Shown: positions 34,368 through 44,254 of the stretch, piece by piece
Layout of the letters: each line of letters opens with the position of its first letter
Position numbering within the stretch: position 1 is the first letter of the stretch
DNA from: Pirellulales bacterium
Lineage (GTDB): Bacteria > Planctomycetota > Planctomycetia > Pirellulales > PALSA-1355
Assembly (NCBI GenBank): GCA_035496575.1
Contig: DATJEN010000073.1
Coordinates: forward strand, 1-59,464
Direction of reading: 5' to 3'
DNA length: 59,464 nucleotides
The notes under the pieces: generated by a model
Seen by the model: only the letters and a program-made list of their open reading frames with translations
Told to the model about the DNA's origin: nothing
The model's database searches: none
Position numbers and translations under genes: made by a program

Positions 34368-35783
34368 ATGCGGTCGATCAAGGCCTGCTGCTGGTTCGTT
34401 TTGCTAACAGCCTGTTTGGCTGCGACGGTTCGCGGTCAGGAGCGTTCCGCCGCCCCGCGGTCGAACGGCGAGTGGCTGTTCGAGCGCGTCACGCTGACCG
34501 ATGGCAAATCCTATCAGGGCCTGGTTCAGACCGACGGCCGCACGGTCGTCGAATTTCTTGAAGTGCGCCGGCCGCCGGGCAAGCCCATGTCGCTCGTGGT
34601 TCGGCCGATCGAGCGCAAGGCCATTAGCAAGCTCGAGCGTCTGAAGCCCGCCGAGCGCGAGGAGCTGTCGCGCAAGCTGCAGGCCTATAAAAGCCGCGCG
34701 GTCATCGAGGGCCGCAGCCGCGATGACCTGACGCTGACCGAGGCCGAGCATGACGGTACGCACGTGTGGCGTTTCGAAGGCCGCTTGTTCACGCTCGAAA
34801 GCACGGCCGACGAGCAAATGACCAGGCGCGTCATTGTCCGGCTCGGACAGATTTTCACCGCCTATCGCCAGGTGCTCGCGCCGCGTCGGCGAAGCGAGAC
34901 GCCGATTGAGATTCGCATCTTTGGCGCGGGGCAGGAATACCGTGCCGCGCTCGTGACGCTCGGCGTGGCGGTCGCAAACCCCGCGGTGTACCTGCCCGAG
35001 AGCAACGCGATCCTGGCCGGCAGCGAGCTAAACCGGTTTGCGGCCGAACTGGCGGCAGTGCAGCACGAGCATCAGCGGATCAAGGGCCAACTGGATGCCG
35101 AGATGGCCGAAGTGCCTGGTCGCATCAAGCAACTGGGCGCCGATTTGAAGGATGCCGGCCTTCCCGCTGCCGAGCGCATGAAGATCCTGGTCGCGGAAGG
35201 CAAGAAGTGGGATGACCACCGCAAGAACATCCGCCGAAAAATCGGGGTCATCGATCGCAAGAACGCGGCCCGTTTCGACGAAGTGTCCGCGCGCATGTTC
35301 GAGCGACTCGCGCACGAGGCCTTTCACGCGTACCTTGAGCTGTATGTTTACCCGCGCGACTCGTACGACGTGCCGCGCTGGCTTAACGAAGGCCTGGCGC
35401 AGACGTTCGAGGCCGGCCTGCTGGAAGCCGAATCGTTGCGCATTGACGCGCCAAATCCCAGGGCACTTGCCGAGCTGCAAAACGATCTGCGCGGCGAAAG
35501 GCCGCTAGCGCTCGCGGAACTGCTCAATGCTGGACCGCAAACTTTTCTGACGGCCGAGGGCAACGAGCGAGCCGCGCCCCAATACTATGCCTACTCATGG
35601 GGCCTGGCTTATTACCTGGCCTTCGACCAGAACGTGCTCGAGTCGGCAGCCTTCGAGCAATATCTGACCGCCTCAGCCGGAATGCCGGCCGTGGAGCGAT
35701 TCGAACAATTCGTCGGCAGGCCACTGCCGGACTTTGAAAGCAAGTGGCGGGCCGCCATGCTCGCGCTCAGGGCCGCCCAGTAG
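34368..35783 (+). CDS. DUF1570-like secreted protein with an HExxH zincin motif
   Basis: Trimmed to ATG 34368 (signal peptide MRSIKACCWFVLLTACLAATVRGQ). HEAFHAY ... WLNEGLAQTFE resembles the peptidase-MA-like DUF1570 core. Confidence 0.8.
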   Translation: MRSIKACCWFVLLTACLAATVRGQERSAAPRSNGEWLFERVTLTDGKSYQGLVQTDGRTVVEFLEVRRPPGKPMSLVVRPIERKAISKLERLKPAEREELSRKLQAYKSRAVIEGRSRDDLTLTEAEHDGTHVWRFEGRLFTLESTADEQMTRRVIVRLGQIFTAYRQVLAPRRRSETPIEIRIFGAGQEYRAALVTLGVAVANPAVYLPESNAILAGSELNRFAAELAAVQHEHQRIKGQLDAEMAEVPGRIKQLGADLKDAGLPAAERMKILVAEGKKWDDHRKNIRRKIGVIDRKNAARFDEVSARMFERLAHEAFHAYLELYVYPRDSYDVPRWLNEGLAQTFEAGLLEAESLRIDAPNPRALAELQNDLRGERPLALAELLNAGPQTFLTAEGNERAAPQYYAYSWGLAYYLAFDQNVLESAAFEQYLTASAGMPAVERFEQFVGRPLPDFESKWRAAMLALRAAQ

Positions 35784-35800
35784 CGGCGTTTGCGGCAAGA

Positions 35801-38434
35801 TTATTCTGCGGCGAAGGAGTCGATGGCTCCCAGCAGCCGGCCCGTGATCTCTTGCAATCGCTGCTCGTCCAAAATTTTGTCGCCCTGCTGGTCGGTGACA
35901 TAGAACACGTCGACGACCTGGTCCAGATACGTGCCGATCTTGGCGAGCGAGACCGAAAGGCCCAGCTCGAAAAGCGTGCGCGCGATCGTAAACAACAGTC
36001 CCATGCGGTCGGACGCGAACACGTCGATGATCGTAAATCGGTCCGAAGTGTTGTTGTCGATGCGAACCCGGGTCGGCAACTTTTGATACGCCGCGCCGAT
36101 GCGGCTTTGCCAAATCTGGCGAAAGGCGGGCGTCGCACCTTGCGGGGATTTGAGCGACTCGACCAAGGCGCAGGCTATTTTTTCGATTCGCTCCAGCGGC
36201 GGCTGCTCGGCATAGTCGGGATCGTTCACGCAGAAGCGGTCCAGAATGAGGCCGTCGGCAAGCGTGTTGATTTCAGCCGAGAGGATTTCGAGCCCCTGAC
36301 TCGCCAGCGCGCCGGTCAGCCGGTGGAAAACGCCCGGCGCGATCTGCTCCTGGGTGCCGACCACGAACTCGAGTGTCTGGCTTTCCGGCAGATAGCGGCC
36401 GCGCGCGTGCGCATCGCCGTGCGACAGGCTGTGCAGATCGCGCAACTCGGCCACGATTCGCTCCGGTGGTGAGCCGCATGCGTAGGCGCCGGGCAAGGCG
36501 TCGATCTGTCGGGCATACCACTGCAGATCGGCATCGTGCGCCAATTGCGACCGCAACAACGAGCGAACGCGCTCCACGCGCTCGCTGGAGGCCGTGGACG
36601 GTGCATCGCCGCCCAGGTGCTGCATCGCCCGGCGGTAGAGGTCGCTGAGCACTTCGGCCTTCCAGCCGTTCCACACGCCGGGTCCCACCGCCGCGAAGTC
36701 AGCGGCCGTGACCACGAACAGCATGTCCAGCACCTCGGGCGAACCGACCTCGACCGCGAAGCGAACCACCATCTCGTCGTCGCCCGTGTCGCGCCGGAAA
36801 GCCAGGTGCGACATCAACAGGTGCTTGTGCACTAAAAACTTGACCGTTTCGGCTTCGCGCAGTGGCAACCGCAAGCGTGCCGCCGTCTCCTCGGCGATGC
36901 GCAGCCCGACCTCGCTGTGGTCCTCTGGAAAGCCTTTGCCAAGATCGTGCAGCAGCAGTGCCAGGTGCAGCGTTCGCTTTTGTTTGATTCCCTGATAGAC
37001 GCGGCCCAGCAGCCCGGGGTCAGTCACAAAATCAGTGGCCCTTTCCACGGCCAAAATGCAGTGCTCGTCGACGGTGTACTTGTGATAGGCGTTGAATTGC
37101 AGCAAGCAGCGGGCGTGGGAAAACGCCGGAATGATCTTTTCCAAGACGCCCAGCTCGTGCAGCCGCCGCAACAACTCGCCCAGCCTGCCGGGCTGCGAGA
37201 TGAGGGACAAAAACTGCCGCGTGGTGGCAGGGTCGATATCGCTGTTCTGCTTGGGCACGGCCGCGCGCACCGTTTCCCACGTGGCAGGTTCGATGCGCTT
37301 GTCGTGCAAGTTCGCCAGTTCGCAAAGCCTCAACACCTCGCTTGGGCTTTGCTTGAGCTTCGCCAGACCGCTCTTCGTGGCCACGACCTGCGTGGGCGTA
37401 ATTCGATAGTCCCCCTGCACCTGGTGGCTGAAAATGGTCCCCAAAATCCCGCCCCACACGTTGCCCGGCCGCGCGTTGGCCACGAAATTGCTCACAATGC
37501 TCCGCACGGCCCGCGTGTGGCGAAAGTATTCGCTCATGAACTGCTCGACGGGCAGGATGCCGTCGGTGCCCTCAAACCCATACAGCGGGGCAAGCCGGAG
37601 TTGCTCGGCCCGATCGAGAACGTCGTTGGGCTTCTCGGCGTGAAAGTGCAGCTCGTTGCGCAGTCGCAGCAAGAACTCGGCCGCATCGCGCAATACGCGT
37701 TGATCGTCCTTGCTGATGACGCCCAGCAGTTCGAGCGCGTCCGGATCGGCCACTCCATGTCGCGAGAATCCTAGCCAGCGCAGCAACTGCAGATCGCGCA
37801 ACCCTCCCCGCGTGCGCTTGATGTTGGGCTCCAGCAAGTACACGGTTTCGCCGAACTGCGCCCGCTCTTTGCGTCGCGCGGCGACGATCTCGGGGAACAA
37901 GGACTTGTAGCGGGCTGTGGTGCGATGCTGAAATTTTTCCGTGAAGCTGGCAAACAGCTTCTCGCTGCCGGCCAGAAACCTGGCCTCCATCAGCGAAGTG
38001 CAAATCGCGACGTCCTGGCCCGCGAGCGTGCAAGCCTGGGCCGGGGTTCGCACGCTTTGTCCGACTTCGAAACGTGCATCCGACAGGTCGCGCAACAATC
38101 GGCTGGCCAACGGTACGACCAGGTTTTCGGCGCCTGGCTGGTGCAGGATCATCAGATCGACGTCCGAAAAGGGCGCCACGTCGCGGCGGCCGAATCCGCC
38201 ATGCGCGACCAGGGCCACCTGCGCGCGGCAAGCGCTGGCGTCTTCCGGCCACAGGTCGGCCAGCGCCGCCTCGTACAACTCGAGGACGATCGTGTCCAAA
38301 AGCTCGGTGAGTCGTGCCGAGACCTGAATGCCGGGCGACCCCGCCGCGTGTTGGGCACGAATGGTTTCGCGCCCCTGGACAAGCCGCTCGCGCGCCTGCA
38401 AGAGCGAATCTCGAAAAACGGGGGTCGTGCTCAT
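35801..38434 (-). CDS. glnD: [protein-PII] uridylyltransferase/uridylyl-removing enzyme
   Basis: 877 aa. Nucleotidyltransferase block (GGFGRRDVAPFSDVDL), HD domain (HLALLLHDLGKG) and two C-terminal ACT-like repeats. Sits directly downstream of glnB. Confidence 0.9.
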   Translation of the reverse strand: MSTTPVFRDSLLQARERLVQGRETIRAQHAAGSPGIQVSARLTELLDTIVLELYEAALADLWPEDASACRAQVALVAHGGFGRRDVAPFSDVDLMILHQPGAENLVVPLASRLLRDLSDARFEVGQSVRTPAQACTLAGQDVAICTSLMEARFLAGSEKLFASFTEKFQHRTTARYKSLFPEIVAARRKERAQFGETVYLLEPNIKRTRGGLRDLQLLRWLGFSRHGVADPDALELLGVISKDDQRVLRDAAEFLLRLRNELHFHAEKPNDVLDRAEQLRLAPLYGFEGTDGILPVEQFMSEYFRHTRAVRSIVSNFVANARPGNVWGGILGTIFSHQVQGDYRITPTQVVATKSGLAKLKQSPSEVLRLCELANLHDKRIEPATWETVRAAVPKQNSDIDPATTRQFLSLISQPGRLGELLRRLHELGVLEKIIPAFSHARCLLQFNAYHKYTVDEHCILAVERATDFVTDPGLLGRVYQGIKQKRTLHLALLLHDLGKGFPEDHSEVGLRIAEETAARLRLPLREAETVKFLVHKHLLMSHLAFRRDTGDDEMVVRFAVEVGSPEVLDMLFVVTAADFAAVGPGVWNGWKAEVLSDLYRRAMQHLGGDAPSTASSERVERVRSLLRSQLAHDADLQWYARQIDALPGAYACGSPPERIVAELRDLHSLSHGDAHARGRYLPESQTLEFVVGTQEQIAPGVFHRLTGALASQGLEILSAEINTLADGLILDRFCVNDPDYAEQPPLERIEKIACALVESLKSPQGATPAFRQIWQSRIGAAYQKLPTRVRIDNNTSDRFTIIDVFASDRMGLLFTIARTLFELGLSVSLAKIGTYLDQVVDVFYVTDQQGDKILDEQRLQEITGRLLGAIDSFAAE

Positions 38435-38508
38435 GCGAACGTGCGCGAAAGGGGCGGTGTCGCGTGGAGATGCCTTACTCCCAGCATACTGTGCCGCCGC
38501 CTGTGGCT

Positions 38509-38847
38509 TTAGATAGCCTGCTCTCCCGTTTCTCCAGTACGAATGCGAATCGTGTTGCGCAGCTCGGAGACAAAAATCTTGCCGTCGCCGATCTGGCCGG
38601 TTTGGGCGGTGCGCAGAATCGTGTCGAGCACGGCCTGCAAGCTGTCGTCAGGCACCGCCACTTCGACCTTCACCTTGGGCACGAACTCCACCTTGTACTC
38701 GGTGCCGCGGTACATCTCGGTGTGTCCCCGCTGTCGCCCAAAGCCCCGCACGTCGGTGATGGTCATTCCGCGCACGTTCTGTGCCGATAATCCGTTCTTG
38801 ACGTCCTCGAGTTTGAAAACCCGAATAATCGCTTCGACTTTTTTCAT
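38509..38847 (-). CDS. glnB: nitrogen regulatory protein P-II
   Basis: [17 protein letters not shown]..., T-loop [15 protein letters not shown], then [11 protein letters not shown]. 112 aa. GGAGAG SD. Confidence 0.93.
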   Translation of the reverse strand: MKKVEAIIRVFKLEDVKNGLSAQNVRGMTITDVRGFGRQRGHTEMYRGTEYKVEFVPKVKVEVAVPDDSLQAVLDTILRTAQTGQIGDGKIFVSELRNTIRIRTGETGEQAI

Positions 38848-38947
38848 CGACGACTCTCCGGGCCGAGAATTGCTGCGCGGTTGCCTGGCTCCGTTCGTGG
38901 CGGCGAAGGCCTTCTCAGACTAGCGGTGGCGCCAACGGGCGTAAAGA

Positions 38948-39502
38948 CTAGCCCGGCTTCTGCCAAGGCACGTCGGAAACCCCGGCCGTCTTGTTGGCGA
39001 TTCGCGCCAGGACGAATAAAAGGTCGCTGAGTCGGTTCAAGTAGATCAACGGTTCGGAGGCCACGTGCTCGTCGGGCTGCCGCATGAGGGTCACTAACCG
39101 GCGCTCGGCGCGGCGGCACACGGTTCGCGCAAGGTGAAGTTGTGCCGCCGCGGCACAACCACCAGGCAGGATGAACTGCCGCAGAGGCTCGAGTTGCCCC
39201 TGGTAACCGTCGATCGCTTGCTCGAGGGCCGCGATGTCCGAATCGGCCACGTGCGGCGTTGGACGCCCGCCCGCCGACGGCGTCGCCAGCTCTGCGCCGA
39301 CCGAGAACAGATCGTTTTGAATCCGGGCGACGAGCGAGTCGATTTCTGGCGGGAGTTTCTGTGAGCGGGCAACGCCCAAAGCGCTGTTGAGCTCGTCGAC
39401 GGCGCCATACGCTTCGATCCGCGGAGCATCCTTCGCCACGCGCGGTCCGCCGAACAGCCCCGTATCTCCGCGGTCGCCTGTTTTCGTATAGATTTTCATC
39501 AT
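38948..39502 (-). CDS. PduO-type ATP:cob(I)alamin adenosyltransferase
   Basis: Begins (M)MKIYTKTGDRGDTGLFGG, and has FILPGG and the C-terminal NRLSDLLFVLAR. The overlapping 220-aa frame 38844..39506 is rejected. Confidence 0.9.
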   Translation of the reverse strand: MMKIYTKTGDRGDTGLFGGPRVAKDAPRIEAYGAVDELNSALGVARSQKLPPEIDSLVARIQNDLFSVGAELATPSAGGRPTPHVADSDIAALEQAIDGYQGQLEPLRQFILPGGCAAAAQLHLARTVCRRAERRLVTLMRQPDEHVASEPLIYLNRLSDLLFVLARIANKTAGVSDVPWQKPG

Positions 39503-39553
39503 GCACTTGAAATTACAGCCGCCGCGTCATGCCTGAACGTGCCCCGCGGTTGT

Positions 39554-39559
39554 TATAAT
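39554..39559 (+). promoter_or_regulatory. -10-like TATAAT upstream of the PD40 propeller gene
   Basis: ggttgtTATAATgga lies 98 nt before the TTG start at 39658, which has an AGGAG SD at 39642-39646. Confidence 0.25.
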
Positions 39560-39657
39560 GGACACCAGCAAGAAGCTGCAATTTCTCGCCTGTCTCGCCG
39601 AAAGATCCCACCGATCGCTGCGTTCCTCTCCCCCTCTTCGACCAGGAGTTCGCTGTC

Positions 39658-40707
39658 TTGAAGTCCACGAACATCCTTGCGATTGGTTTCGCATGTAGCC
39701 TTGTTGCCGCGTCGATAACACGAGCCGAATCGATCGAGCCTAAGTATTTCTCGAATCTGCGGCAGGTGACCTCGGGTTTCGTGAAGGCAGGCGAGGGCTA
39801 TTTCAGTCCCGATGGCCGCACGATCATCTACCAGGCGGTTCCACGGGGATATCCGTTCTACCAGATTTACAAACAAGCTTTGGCGCCGGGATCCGCGCCC
39901 GAGCTCGTGAGCACGGGGCGTGGCCGCACGACGTGCAGTTATTTTTCGCCGGATGGCAAGAAGATCATCTTTGCTTCGAGCCACCTCGATCCCAATCTCT
40001 CCATGACCGAAGAACAGGAGCGCAAGCAGCAAGCCGACGATGCGGCCAGCGGTCGTCGGCGCCGCTACCAGTGGGACTTTGACCCCTACAGCGACATCTT
40101 CGAAGCCGATCTCGACGGCAAGAACCTGCGGCAACTGACCGATGCCCCCGGTTATGACGCCGAAGGGGCCTATTCGCCCGATGGCAAGCTAATCGCGTTT
40201 TGCAGCAGCCGGGATGGCGACCCCGATCTGTATGTGATGAATGCCGACGGCAGCGGGGTCCGCCAGTTGACCAACCAGCCCGGCTACGACGGCGGCCCGT
40301 TCATTTCGCCGGATGGCAAGTGGGTGGTTTATCGCACCGACCGCAAACGGTCCGAGATGCTGCAGATTCACGTGATCGGGATTGACGGCAAGAACGATAC
40401 GCCGCTGACCGACAACATCGGCGTGAACTGGGCACCGTATTGGCACCCCACCAGGCCCTACATCATTTGGACCGGCGCCGATCACTCCGATCCCAATGCC
40501 CGGCCCAACTACGACCTGTGGTTGATGAAGTACGAGGAGAAGGATGGCAAGATCGCGCCCGGCCCGATCACTCGTCTGACGGATAACCCAGCGGCCGACG
40601 TGCTTCCGGTGTTCTCGCCCGACGGGAAGCAAGTCATGTGGACCAGCAATCGCACGGCAGATCACTCGAGCCAATTGTGGATTGCCGACTTTCACCTGCC
40701 GGAGTGA
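39658..40707 (+). CDS. periplasmic PD40/TolB-like beta-propeller repeat protein
   Basis: Signal peptide MKSTNILAIGFACSLVAASITRA (TTG start). Repeated PD40 units: YFSPDGRTIIY, YFSPDGKKIIF, YSPDGKLIAF, FISPDGKWVVY, VFSPDGKQVMW. Confidence 0.8.
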   Translation: MKSTNILAIGFACSLVAASITRAESIEPKYFSNLRQVTSGFVKAGEGYFSPDGRTIIYQAVPRGYPFYQIYKQALAPGSAPELVSTGRGRTTCSYFSPDGKKIIFASSHLDPNLSMTEEQERKQQADDAASGRRRRYQWDFDPYSDIFEADLDGKNLRQLTDAPGYDAEGAYSPDGKLIAFCSSRDGDPDLYVMNADGSGVRQLTNQPGYDGGPFISPDGKWVVYRTDRKRSEMLQIHVIGIDGKNDTPLTDNIGVNWAPYWHPTRPYIIWTGADHSDPNARPNYDLWLMKYEEKDGKIAPGPITRLTDNPAADVLPVFSPDGKQVMWTSNRTADHSSQLWIADFHLPE

Positions 40708-40727
40708 GCGCGGCGGCCAGCGCGAGT

Positions 40728-42329
40728 CTACTCGGCCGCCAGCACTTTAATCTTCAACTGGCCGGCGACTTGCGCGACCGGCAAGAAGCTGCTATAAGCC
40801 GAAGCGCCTTCCAGATCGGAGTCGCCGAGCTTCAAGTGGGCCGCGCCGATGCCACTTTGCCCCAGCGTGGCGTCCAAGGGAACCCACTGCCCAGCGAGGA
40901 ACATCTCGGTCCACATGTGAAAGCCAAAACCGCCCGCGCTCTCCACGTACACTAGGCCGATCGCCACCCGTGAGCCGATTCCGCGGGCGCGGGCCAGCGC
41001 GGCCAAGAGCACGGAGTGTTCCGTGCAATCCCCCTCGCGCGTTTCGGCCACTTCGGCGGCCGTGGAGAAGGCCTGGCAAAAGTTGCGCTGCGTCATGGCC
41101 CGATGCACGTAGGCTTCGAGCGCGAGCGCCACGCGCACGGGGTCCGGTTCTTGGCCGGCCGCTTCCTTGGCCATGCTTTGAATTCGCGGGTCATCGATCT
41201 GCAAAACGCTATTGGCCGCCAAAAATGCGGTCGGCGCTCTGGCTTTGGAGCCGCCATCCGGCAAATCGGCCGGGCGAAGGCTGCGCACCGTGACTTCGGC
41301 GGCATGCTCTCCGACCTTCCGTACTTCCTGGGTCGGGCCCTGCGGAAAAACCTTGAGCGGATCGCCGGACGCAAGCTCAACGAGATAGCGAACTCGTCGG
41401 GTCGCGTGCGGGTTCGCGAGCGGTGGGTCGACTTTGACGATCAAGTCGGAACCCAAATCAAATTGAGCCGGCGAACTTTCGGAAGTGGCGACGTCGCGCG
41501 TGGTGCGGAAGGACTCTTGATCGAGGGTTTCGATACGCGTCTTGATGCTCTTTCCGTTTGAGTCGGCCCACAAGGTCGAGTTGAGTGTCTGCCCGTCCGG
41601 CAGTCGTGCGACGCTTTCGATCCTTAGCAGCCTGGCCTCGCTGCCCAAGAGGCGCGTGCTCTCCAGCGATTTCGCTTCAATCTCGACCTCCGCCACCTGG
41701 TTGATCAGTGGCACCAGCATGCGCAAGGCCCGTTTTTCGCCGGGCTGCATCGGCCTGGTTTCCAACGATCGCTCGATCGCCTGGAATCCGCCTGTACCGG
41801 GCTGCAAGGGCGATCGGAAACTTTGCGTGCGCCCTTTGGTCTGCACCTCCATAACCAATTCTTGCCCTTCGACGCGCCCGCTAACCACGGTGGGCTCCGG
41901 GCCTGAATCGATCGAGGTCTTGAATTCCAACAGATCGCCCGCGTCGTTCTCGAAGCAGGACATCGCGACAGTTTGTTCGACGCGCTGGCCGAATCGAGAG
42001 ATCGCCAGGTGCGTGTTGGAATCGAACTCCTTGCCCGACGTGCCGCGCCGCTGGGCCGGCCGGATCATGGTGCTGCCGTAACCGACCTTCGCGCCCTGCA
42101 GGTAATAGGCTTCCCAGACCTCCTGCCCGGGCGGATTCTCGGCGGCACTGTTGGATTGGCATCCTGGCGCCGTCCACAAGCAGGCCATCAGGAGCAGCGG
42201 CAACGTTGCTGCAAGGAGTGGCCCTGACCGGCGCGGTTCGAAGCGGCTACCGCTAGGGGTCAAATCAGCCTCCAAGCTGGCGGGGGAATCTGCACCGAAA
42301 AGATGGGAGTTGCCCGCCGTCTTTCGCAA
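40728..42329 (-). CDS. transglutaminase-like domain lipoprotein
   Basis: The C-terminal core GDCTEHSVLLAALARARGIGSRVAIGLVY...FHMWTE...DAT carries the Cys-His-Asp triad. N-terminal lipobox-like LWTAPGC. TTG start, uncertain. Confidence 0.75.
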   Translation of the reverse strand: MRKTAGNSHLFGADSPASLEADLTPSGSRFEPRRSGPLLAATLPLLLMACLWTAPGCQSNSAAENPPGQEVWEAYYLQGAKVGYGSTMIRPAQRRGTSGKEFDSNTHLAISRFGQRVEQTVAMSCFENDAGDLLEFKTSIDSGPEPTVVSGRVEGQELVMEVQTKGRTQSFRSPLQPGTGGFQAIERSLETRPMQPGEKRALRMLVPLINQVAEVEIEAKSLESTRLLGSEARLLRIESVARLPDGQTLNSTLWADSNGKSIKTRIETLDQESFRTTRDVATSESSPAQFDLGSDLIVKVDPPLANPHATRRVRYLVELASGDPLKVFPQGPTQEVRKVGEHAAEVTVRSLRPADLPDGGSKARAPTAFLAANSVLQIDDPRIQSMAKEAAGQEPDPVRVALALEAYVHRAMTQRNFCQAFSTAAEVAETREGDCTEHSVLLAALARARGIGSRVAIGLVYVESAGGFGFHMWTEMFLAGQWVPLDATLGQSGIGAAHLKLGDSDLEGASAYSSFLPVAQVAGQLKIKVLAAE

Positions 42330-42651
42330 GCGGGCACTAGCTCATTTTATGGGAGCTGCTAGAGGGCCTTCCAGTCCATTTGGCGATCGGACCCCCGCCC
42401 TGGACCTTCACGGCCCGCAGCGCCTGCCCAGATCGCAAAATCGGGCGGCAATCGCCAAATTTGTCGGGAAAACGGCCGGCCAGCACCAACCCTGTTTCGC
42501 GACATTTACGGTTATCTCGCCGGTTCAGGATGATTGCCTCAAATCGTTCTCTCGATTCAAAACTTTTCTCGCATCGTGACCTAAGATTTCGTTGTGGAGC
42601 GGCCCAGGCTGCTTCTAACGGCGAGAAAGAAGCTTTGGATAGAGGGGCGAC

Positions 42652-43344
42652 ATGGGTTTCCTCAAGAAGTTTTTTCCGAACGTGTTTCGGGACGCGGTGC
42701 CCGCGCACGCGACGAGCAGCTTCGACCGATTGACCAGCGAACAGCTCGAAGCGCATTTGAGCGTCACGCGCTATGGCAGCTTCGTGCTGAGCGGGGCGGT
42801 GCGCCCTTCGTTTGACCTGCAAATCATTCCGTGCCAGGGCTACCGGCACGACGTCTATCGGGACGAAACGAACAAAACCACGGTGCCGGTCCTGATGGGC
42901 GCCGCCTCCAAGGAACATCTGTTCGACGTGTTCATGGACGTTCTCGATCCGTTGGGGACCGAAGTGGACGTGGTCCTTGAAACCAGCCACGATCGCGAGG
43001 CCACCGGGCACGTGGACCTGTACCGTGAGCACATCGACCTGCCGGTGCTCAAGAGCATCCTGTGGGACTTTGAGGATCTCTTGGTCAATGACGGCTGCAC
43101 CGGCATTGCGGTCTTGAACCCCGGCATTCCGCAGGAGGTGCAGTTCGACGAGCACAAGCTGCTCATCGTGTACGGATCGCAGCTCGCGGAATACGAGGCA
43201 ATCTTTGCTCACCGCAACGTGGGCTGCAACGACCAGATCAAGTTCATCACCGAGGCCGAACACGTCCATTCGTCCAGCGAGTATTACCGCGAGCAGTTCG
43301 AGCAACTTAAGATGCGGCTGGGCATCGACGCGGGCTGCTGGTAA
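42652..43344 (+). CDS. conserved hypothetical cytoplasmic protein (230 aa)
   Basis: GAGGGG SD, balanced composition, and a strong terminator follows. The antisense 344-aa ORF 42337..43371 is rejected. Confidence 0.65.
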   Translation: MGFLKKFFPNVFRDAVPAHATSSFDRLTSEQLEAHLSVTRYGSFVLSGAVRPSFDLQIIPCQGYRHDVYRDETNKTTVPVLMGAASKEHLFDVFMDVLDPLGTEVDVVLETSHDREATGHVDLYREHIDLPVLKSILWDFEDLLVNDGCTGIAVLNPGIPQEVQFDEHKLLIVYGSQLAEYEAIFAHRNVGCNDQIKFITEAEHVHSSSEYYREQFEQLKMRLGIDAGCW

Positions 43345-43369
43345 GAGCGACCGCCGAACCTGATTAACC

Positions 43370-43407
43370 AAGGCCGGGTCCGATTCGTCGGGTCCGGCCT
43401 TTTGCTT
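43370..43407 (+). terminator. Rho-independent terminator with a UUCG tetraloop
   Basis: AAGGCCGGGTCCGA-ttcg-TCGGGTCCGGCCTT forms a 14-bp stem including two G-U pairs, followed by TTGCTT. It starts 26 nt after the stop at 43344. Confidence 0.7.
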
Positions 43408-43525
43408 GCGCCGGTGGTGCTAGCGGCGCGCCGCCGAGCTGGCTCACTGGCCTGCCAGCTTGGACTTGTCCTGGGACGAGGTTTTGGTCACACTTCCGCC
43501 CCATTTCTCCCGATCACTTCCTTCG

Positions 43526-44233
43526 ATGAGCTCGATGCCGACTGCTCCGGCTAGCTGTGCCGATTTTTTGCGCGCTAGGGTGCGCTTGGCGGTGGCTTTA
43601 TGCGCGCTAGTGGCCGCCGGATGCAATGGGCCTTGGAGCGCCTCAAGTTACATGCCGCCCAAAATCGGGCTCGTGCCGCTGCCCATGCCGGAAGGAAATC
43701 CGGTCGTCGTTTCGAACCTCGACCGCGACCTGGTTTGGGACCAGGTGGTGGATGTGGTTGATGACTACTTCCGCATTGAACGAGAGGAGCGCGTCAAACT
43801 GGTCGGTGATCTGCTGACGGAGGGCCGCCTTGATACGTACCCCCGCAGTGGTTCAACCATTTTCGAGCCATGGAATAACGACACGGTCACGCCGTACGAG
43901 CGTTGGGAGAGTACCCTGCAGTCGATTCGCCGCATTGGGCTCGTGCGCGTCATTCCGACCGAGGGTGGCTTCCTGGTCGAAGTAATAGTCAAGAAGGAAC
44001 TCGAGGACGTGCCCCGCCCGGAGACTGGCGCGGTGTCGGTCGCCAATTCACAAGCGTTGCGAAACGACGACGCCTTGCGCAGGGTCGCGAATCCCACCGC
44101 CGGTCGGCAGCCTACCTTGGGCTGGATCGACCTGGGACGCGATGCCGCGCTCGAGCAACAAATGCTGGCCGAAATTCAAGCGCGGCTCAACTGTGTGCCT
44201 GCCGCCGTGCCCGCCGCAGCGAGCCCTTTATAA
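43526..44233 (+). CDS. lipoprotein, unknown function
   Basis: Lipobox LCALVAAGC after MSSMPTAPASCADFLRARVRLAVA. The start is uncertain (43460 TTG, 43526 or 43535 ATG). Confidence 0.6.
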   Translation: MSSMPTAPASCADFLRARVRLAVALCALVAAGCNGPWSASSYMPPKIGLVPLPMPEGNPVVVSNLDRDLVWDQVVDVVDDYFRIEREERVKLVGDLLTEGRLDTYPRSGSTIFEPWNNDTVTPYERWESTLQSIRRIGLVRVIPTEGGFLVEVIVKKELEDVPRPETGAVSVANSQALRNDDALRRVANPTAGRQPTLGWIDLGRDAALEQQMLAEIQARLNCVPAAVPAAASPL

Positions 44234-44254
44234 ACCAGTCCCGCGCTCGACCGT

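Noticed and set aside
38844-39506. 220-aa ORF overlapping the PduO-type adenosyltransferase gene in another frame
   Set aside because: The translation is extremely Arg-rich with no motifs. The 184-aa frame has the canonical MKIYTKTGDRGDTGLFGG start.
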